From NCBI GenBank assembly GCA_964016885.1, contig OZ024743.1, positions 140,554,001 to 140,618,000 on the forward strand: a DNA stretch of 64,000 nucleotides, read 5' to 3'. The stretch is from Eledone cirrhosa. Taxonomy: Eukaryota. Position numbers and translations under genes: made by a program. Below the pieces are notes generated by a model. It saw nothing but the letters and a program-made list of their open reading frames with translations. It had not been told where the DNA came from and searched no databases. Every line of letters starts with the position of its first letter. Within the stretch, counting starts at the first letter, position 1. Below, piece by piece: positions 61,501 to 64,000 of the stretch.

Positions 61501-64000
61501 ACACCAAACACCTAGCACTAAGCACCAAACACCAAACACCAAGCACAAAGCACCAAAGAGCAAAAACAAAGCACCAAGCACCAAACACCAAACACCAAAC
61601 ACCAAACACCAAACAGCAAACACCAAACAGCAAACACCAAACAGCAAACAGCAAACACCAAGCACCAAGCACCAAGCATCAAGCACCAAGCACCAAACAC
61701 CAAGCACCAAGCACCAAGCACCAAGCACCAAACACAAAACACCAAGTACCAAGCACCAAGCACCAAACACCAAACACCAAACACCAAGCACCAAGCACCA
61801 AACACCAAACACCAAGCACCAAGCACCAGACACCAAACACCAAGCACCAAGTACCAAGCACCAAACAACAACACCAAGCACCAAGCACCAAACACCAAGC
61901 ACCAAGCACCAAACACCAAACACCAAGCTCCAAGCACCAAACACCAAGCACCAAGCACCAAGCAGCAAACACCAATCACCAAGCACCAAGCACCAAACAC
62001 CAAGCACCACACACCAAGCACCAATCACCAAACACCAAACACCAAGAACCAAGCACCAAACACAAAACACCAAGCACCAAGCACCAAACACCAAGCACCA
62101 AGCACCAAGCACCAAACACCAAACACCAAACACCAAGCACCTAGCACCAAACACCAAGCACCAAGCACCAAGCAACAAACACCCAGCACCAAGCACCAAA
62201 CACCAAGCACCAAGCACAAAACACCAAGCACCAAGCACCGAGCACCAAACACCAAGTACCAAGCACCAATCACCAAACACCAAGCACCAAGCACCAAACA
62301 CCAAACACCAAACACCTAGCACCAAGCACCAAACACCAAACACCAAGAACCAAGCACCAAACACCAAATACCAAGCATCAAGCACTAAACACCAAACACC
62401 AAGCACCAAGCACCAAGCATCAAGCACCAAGCACCAAACACCAAGCACCAAGCACCAAGCACCAAGCACCAAACACAAAACACCAAGTACCAAGCACCAA
62501 GCACCAAACACCAAACACCAAACACCAAGCACCAAGCACCAAACACCAAATACCAAGCTCCAAGCACCAAACACCAAATACCAAGCACCAAGCAACAAAC
62601 ACCAATCACCAAGCACCAAGCACCAAACCCCAAGCACCAAACACCAAGCACCAATCACCAAACACCAAACACCAAGAACCAAGCACCAAACACCAAGCAC
62701 CAAGCACCAAGCACAAAACACCAAGCACCAAGCGCTAAACATAAAACACTAAGCAACAAGCACCAAGCACCAAGCACCAAACACCAAACATCAAACACCA
62801 ATCACCAAACATCAAACAGCAAACACCAAACACCAAACACCAAACATCAAACAGCAAACAGCAAACAACAAACAACAAATGCCAAACATCAAACGCCAAA
62901 CACCAAACACCAAATAGCAAACACCAAACCGCAAACACCAAACACCAAACAGGAAACACCAAACACCAAACAGCGAACACCAAACAGCAAACACCAAACA
63001 CCAAGCACCAAGCACCAAGCACAAAACACCAAGCACCAAGCGCCAAACACCAAACACTAAGCACCAAGCACCAAACACCAAGCACCAAACACCAAACACC
63101 AATCACCAAGCGCCAAACACCAAATACCAAGCACCAAGCACTAAACACCAAACACCAAGCAACAGGCACCAAGCATCAAGCACCAAGCACCAAACACCAA
63201 GCACCAAGCACCAAGCACCAAGCACCAAACACAAAACACCAAGTACCAAGCACCAAGCACCAAACACCATACACCAAACACCAAGCACCAAGCACCAAAC
63301 ACCAAACACCAAGCACCAAGCACCAGACACCAAGCACCAAGCACCAAGCACCAATCACCAAACACCAAGCACGAAGCACCAAACACCAAACACCAAGCAC
63401 CAAGCACCAAACACCAAACACCAAGCACCAAGCACCAAACACCAAATACCAAACACCAAGCACCAAGCACCAAGCACCAGACACCAAGCACCAAGCACCA
63501 AGCACCAAACACCAAGCACCAAACACCAAGCATCAGACACGAAGCACCAAGCACCAAGCACCAAACACCAAGCACCAAGCACCACACATCAAACACCAAG
63601 CACCAAGCACCAAACACCAAACACCAAACACCAAACAGCAAACACCAAACAGCAAACACCAAACAGCAAACAGCAAACACCAAACACCAAACACCAAGCA
63701 CCAAGCACCAAGCACCAAACAACAACACCAAGCACCAAGCACCAAACACCAAGCACCAAGCACCAAATACCAAACACCAAGCTCCAAGCACCAAACACCA
63801 AGCACCAAGCACCAAACACCAATCACCAAGCACCAAGCACGAAACCCCAAGCACCAAACACCAAGCACCAATCACCAAACACCAAACACCAAGAACCAAG
63901 CACCAAACACAAAACACCAAGCACCAAGCACCAAACACCAAGCACCAAGCACCAAGCACCAAACACCAAACACCAAGTACCAAACACCAAACACCAAGCA
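52600..64000 (-). repeat. Irregular higher-order domain with a recurrent degenerate cassette (spacings 1105, 1287, 574, 3428, 2574 bp; long match at +6002)
   Basis: Marker GCGCTAAACATAAAACACTAAGC at 53764, 54869, 56156, 56730, 60158, 62732. ORF offsets +6002 (56733/62735 to 57587/63589) and +2574 (59811/62385 to 60602/63176). Confidence 0.82.

Larger units (their letters stand above)
39634..64000 (-). repeat. Same 7-bp satellite in inverted orientation, (RCACCAA)n on +, right arm, about 3,480 units, open at window end
   Basis: Continuous GCACCAA/ACACCAA units, the reverse complement of TTGGTGC/TTGGTGT. T is very rare on +. Confidence 0.99.

Noticed and set aside
1-64000. CRISPR array or other repeat-spacer system
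   Set aside because: There are no unique spacers between constant repeats and no cas or other genes. The variation consists of point changes within contiguous heptamers.
39634-64000. Fold-back (palindromic chimeric read) assembly artefact
   Set aside because: The right arm is not the reverse complement of the adjacent left arm at variant level and has its own higher-order structure. A mis-join of two separate arrays is still possible without read data.
1-64000. Canonical telomere tract (TTAGGG/TTTAGGG/TTAGG)
   Set aside because: The consensus lacks AGGG. TTAGG occurs only as an occasional variant (GTTAGGTG) and never in tandem.
1-64000. Synthetic or simulated sequence, or a deliberately encoded message in the C/T pattern
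   Set aside because: The nested duplications with accumulating point variants, unit indels and domain-specific markers are typical of natural satellite evolution.

Overview
The whole 64-kb window is one simple satellite: about 9,100 tandem copies of a 7-bp unit, TTGGTG(C/T) (reverse complement (A/G)CACCAA), running off both ends. I see no unique sequence, gene, RNA gene, transposon or CRISPR array. All ORFs in the track are by-products of a stop-free heptamer: the 21-nt cycle gives WCLV(L/F)G(A/V) on the G/T strand and P(S/N)TKHQ(A/T) on the other. The main structural feature is a single sharp strand switch at 39633/39634. The G/T-rich strand is on + for 1-39634 and on - for 39634-64000, so the two G-rich strands converge. 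The junction has no inserted bases, a 1-bp (C) overlap, and joins two arrays with different variant repertoires, so it is not a mirror palindrome. Within each arm, rare variant units act as barcodes and reveal nested higher-order duplications of 0.3-6.9 kb arranged in separate domains. The source is probably eukaryotic heterochromatin (pericentromeric, subtelomeric or a fusion site), but that is inference. I found no evidence for a novel protein-coding system. Offsets were read by eye from marker variants and the supplied ORF coordinates, so domain boundaries are approximate.
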